A stretch of 64,000 nucleotides of DNA, taken from the NCBI GenBank assembly GCA_010405405.1, contig MU004241.1:186001-250000 (forward strand). Reading direction: 5' to 3'. The DNA is from Microthyrium microscopicum (taxonomy: Eukaryota). Below are positions 61,032 through 64,000 of this stretch, in pieces. Position 1 is the first letter of the stretch. Every line of letters starts with the position of its first letter. The notes beneath the pieces are model-generated. The model did no database searches and was not told where the DNA came from. It saw only the letters and a list, made by a program, of their open reading frames with translations. A program made the position numbers and the translations under genes.

Positions 61032-62234
61032 TCCGACACCTTACCAAGAAGACCACCACGATGGACTGGCACCGCCCTCTCCCTCCACAACTTCCTCCGC
61101 CTTAGCGGCAACACCAACATTTCCACCTGTGAGCACTGCGCCCTCCGCTGCACCCATTCCACCGCCTACCGCATAAAACTCGCCCAGACTGCTTCCCCAC
61201 AGCCTACACCGCGCTGCGCGATATGCGTAAACAAATGCCCACATGATCCGGTGGCGCGGTCAGCGCGTTTACTAGTTGATAGTCTGCCGCAAAGTGTGCT
61301 GGGTGGTTGCGCGGGGAACCTTATTGATGGGACGGTCCTTGGGGCGGGCACTAGAGAAGGTTCATTGCTGGATGGAGATCGGTGGCAGAGTGAGAATTAT
61401 GGTTATAAGAATATACCGCGTGTACGTGTAAGATATGTATATTCAGCTGACGGACTTATTGAGGCGCTGAAGATGGAATATTTTGGAAATCGTATGCATA
61501 ATGACTACCGCTACCTCGTCTTCCGCAGTCGACCGGAATAATGCCCACTGCGCGTGGAATATTCACGGCATCTATCTAGCAGCGAGATCCTCTTCGAGCT
61601 AGACCTCGTTCTCGCTCGCCGCTTTTGGCTGTGGAATTCATTCGGTGGCATGAGTACCCAGCGCGGAGCGAGTAACTTCGCAGGCGGCACTGGAGCGCCC
61701 AAGAACCATATCCAGTATCTACAAATCAACATCAGTTGTACATGGGGCGTCATTTCCGAGCGAAGGGGCATGGGCGAAGTGTCATTCCAGAGTTTCATTA
61801 ACAACACTATGCTAGACGAGCGCCTGGCTCGCGTGGCCATATGGGCGAGTTAATGAGACTGTTGCGCCGCATTCTACGCAACATGCAGCATTTGAAAGAG
61901 GTATTTTTTCGTCCTGGGGAACTTGAGGGACTGTGATTATGCGAGTTGGAAGGATATTCTGGACCAGATTGAGGAGCTTAGGACTTGGTTTTGGGAAAAG
62001 GGTGAATATGTGCGTCTTGTGGTAGGACGCGTTACGGAGCATCCGGAGGAGCAGGATTTGACTTCTTGGGATAGAGGTGTTTGTCTGGTACAGTGTATGA
62101 ACGATTCGGCTGGGCACTGGTGACCGGGGGAAGAGTTCTATTCACCTGATAATTCGGATCACTCGTATGCGACGAGGTATGGAGAGTATTCGGTCACTGA
62201 ACGGCTGGGGGGGCAACTGAGTTGGTATCGTTGA
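61032..62234 (+). pseudogene. Possible nonsense-disrupted gene of unknown family
   Basis: ORFs 61251-61541, 61554-61853 and 61923-62123 and their flanks share one frame broken only by isolated TAA/TGA codons; N-terminal CEHC..C...CAIC..C pattern. Confidence 0.35.
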
Positions 62235-62595
62235 TGATATAATAGTCATGGTGACTGCCTGCTTGACTGAAGGACTTTTATATCGAAATTGCAGCGAGAC
62301 CGCAACGTTACTTAATTGGGTTTATGTATGTATCGAATTAATGAAGTCACCATCCTACAAGGAATCTTCAGGTTTTGGACTTGGAGCGAATTAGTTTTTG
62401 ACTACTACCTCGCTCCTTAACACCCACTATTCTTTGCACCATCATACTTTTACAGCACGAGACGAGTGGCCGGACACAGGCATCCTGTTGGGAGTCCTCA
62501 GAACTTAGTCCGATGCCCCAACGTGACTGGCTCAAAGGAGCAAAGCCTCGACAATATCCGTGTATGTTTTCAAGACTTTTGAAGCATCGCATCTG

Positions 62596-63189
62596 ATGAA
62601 TTTTGCTAAGCATAACGTAGTCCGCAAGCGTCAAGTCGCAATTGACGATGAAATGGATGATGACAGTGACGGCGAGCTCATTGAAGACATGTCGGAGCTA
62701 CCAGAAAAACCCATGACAGATCCAGCGACAGCACCTTGGGGACTTCCCATCAGCAATACGGATTTCCAAAAACTCAAAGTTGGCTACCAGCCGAAATCTT
62801 CGGACGACAAATGGGGTATATATGCTTCAAATCTGGATGATGGGCAAACAACCAAAATTACGATAGGTCGAGGTTGGAGAGGCATCAGACACTATATATT
62901 CTACCTCAAATCTAGAGAAAGTGAGAGTGGGATGGTGATTGAAAGCCTCGAATGGGATCAGAACAAAGGCGTTGTCTTCATTTCGGAGGAACGAGGCAAA
63001 GCAGAAGCGGTGGTTCTTTGTCGAGAGCTTTTGAAGTGCGAGTTTAAAGGGCTCCCACATCATGACTGGACGATTACACATGAGTATCCTGAAATTACAG
63101 TCGTGAATGGACAGGTTGTTCCAGATTATCAAGCACAGAAGAAGGCTCATTTCTCTAAGCTGGAGAACAACTCGTCGAGCGCCATGTGA
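62596..63189 (+). CDS. Hypothetical fungal protein
   Basis: Open ORF with globular-looking core (ISNTDFQKLKVGYQPKSSDDKWGIY, IGRGWRG, IESLEWDQ); start uncertain. Confidence 0.65.
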   Translation: MNFAKHNVVRKRQVAIDDEMDDDSDGELIEDMSELPEKPMTDPATAPWGLPISNTDFQKLKVGYQPKSSDDKWGIYASNLDDGQTTKITIGRGWRGIRHYIFYLKSRESESGMVIESLEWDQNKGVVFISEERGKAEAVVLCRELLKCEFKGLPHHDWTITHEYPEITVVNGQVVPDYQAQKKAHFSKLENNSSSAM

Positions 63190-63377
63190 GGAGGATAAAT
63201 TGAAAGGATTGAACCGAGTCGCAATGAAATATACACAAGGATGGAACTTAAAAAAAATTTCATAAGAATACTTGCTATTGATATTTCGATTTGAAATCAA
63301 CACCTTGCTTATTCGAGCCATACACCTGAAAAAGTGATTGTTGATGGCCACTCTTTGACAGAGTCGTGAAGTACAAC

Positions 63378-64000
63378 TTAACGGCCTCCATTATAGTAGC
63401 GAGCCTCTTCGTCGATCTTAGCACACATGTCTGGCTTGGCTCGCCTGATCTGTTCAGCCAATCCAGCCGCTGATATACGAGATCGATGGTCTTCTAGCAG
63501 ACTCAAATCCAACATATTCTTGAGCTGTGTGGAGTAAGTCCGCATCCAGGACTTTTTGGCACAAGACCTTGCAGTGTTCTTTTCACGACTCTGAGGAGGT
63601 GCAGTGATGTCTATGATACGATTAGGCATTGACGAGGACCAATGCACAAAATCTTCGTTTCGTTCTTTTTGCCGATAGATCCACACTGGTGTGTCGCCAG
63701 AGGTCATTTCGTGTATAATGCTACCGATGCCGTACACGTCTTGAAAAGTGCCTCTGAGACCGTATCTACGTTCCGGCCCACAATAGGGGAACGAGCCAAC
63801 GCAGCAATTATGATCGTAAGTACCAGAGCCGTCATCGAGCTCGGCGACACCGAAATCACCCAGCTTGAGACGCAAGCCATGGTAACGAGGCTCTGGATAT
63901 TGTTCAACAAAGATGTTGGCAGATTTGATGTCGTGGTGGATGATTTTGACCCAGTAGGATCCATATCGAGAAGTGCCATAACCTTCGTGTAAGAAGCCAA
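63378..64000 (-). CDS. Ser/Thr protein kinase-like gene, 3' part (continues past the window edge)
   Basis: Frame open to the edge: FLHEG...IIHHDIKSANIF...LKLGDFG...VGSFPYCGPE...DVYGIGSIIHEM...HRSRISA. Confidence 0.85.
   Translation of the reverse strand, partial: GFLHEGYGTSRYGSYWVKIIHHDIKSANIFVEQYPEPRYHGLRLKLGDFGVAELDDGSGTYDHNCCVGSFPYCGPERRYGLRGTFQDVYGIGSIIHEMTSGDTPVWIYRQKERNEDFVHWSSSMPNRIIDITAPPQSREKNTARSCAKKSWMRTYSTQLKNMLDLSLLEDHRSRISAAGLAEQIRRAKPDMCAKIDEEARYYNGGR

Overview
Eukaryotic DNA from a filamentous ascomycete. This rests on short (mostly ~45-70 nt) spliceosomal introns, Zn2Cys6 factors, HET genes and RIP; the gene content suggests a dothideomycete, which is inference. Conserved genes (PMC1 Ca2+-ATPase, an alpha/beta-hydrolase protein, HTS1, NUP159, PUP1, SDS23) frame three accessory blocks. 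(1) 5929-13521 is a complete but RIP-inactivated hAT transposon with 23-bp TIRs and an 8-bp TSD. Besides its transposase it carries a second, divergent, spliced gene that the ORF track misses, and a ~300-bp palindrome lies between the two genes. (2) 25.5-35 kb holds a head-to-head pair of HET-domain genes, an HsbA-like secreted protein with a MITE in its promoter, and a small secreted protein with two tandem CBM14-type chitin-binding modules. (3) 41-52 kb holds a peroxisomal acyl-CoA ligase, a secreted protein with the copper-ligand pattern of PHM/DBH-type monooxygenases, a divergent four-repeat secreted peptide precursor whose repeats end in Gly-Lys, and a Zn2Cys6 factor. The monooxygenase-like/precursor pair is the most speculative and most interesting candidate system. 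All gene models were built by eye and no database searches were run.
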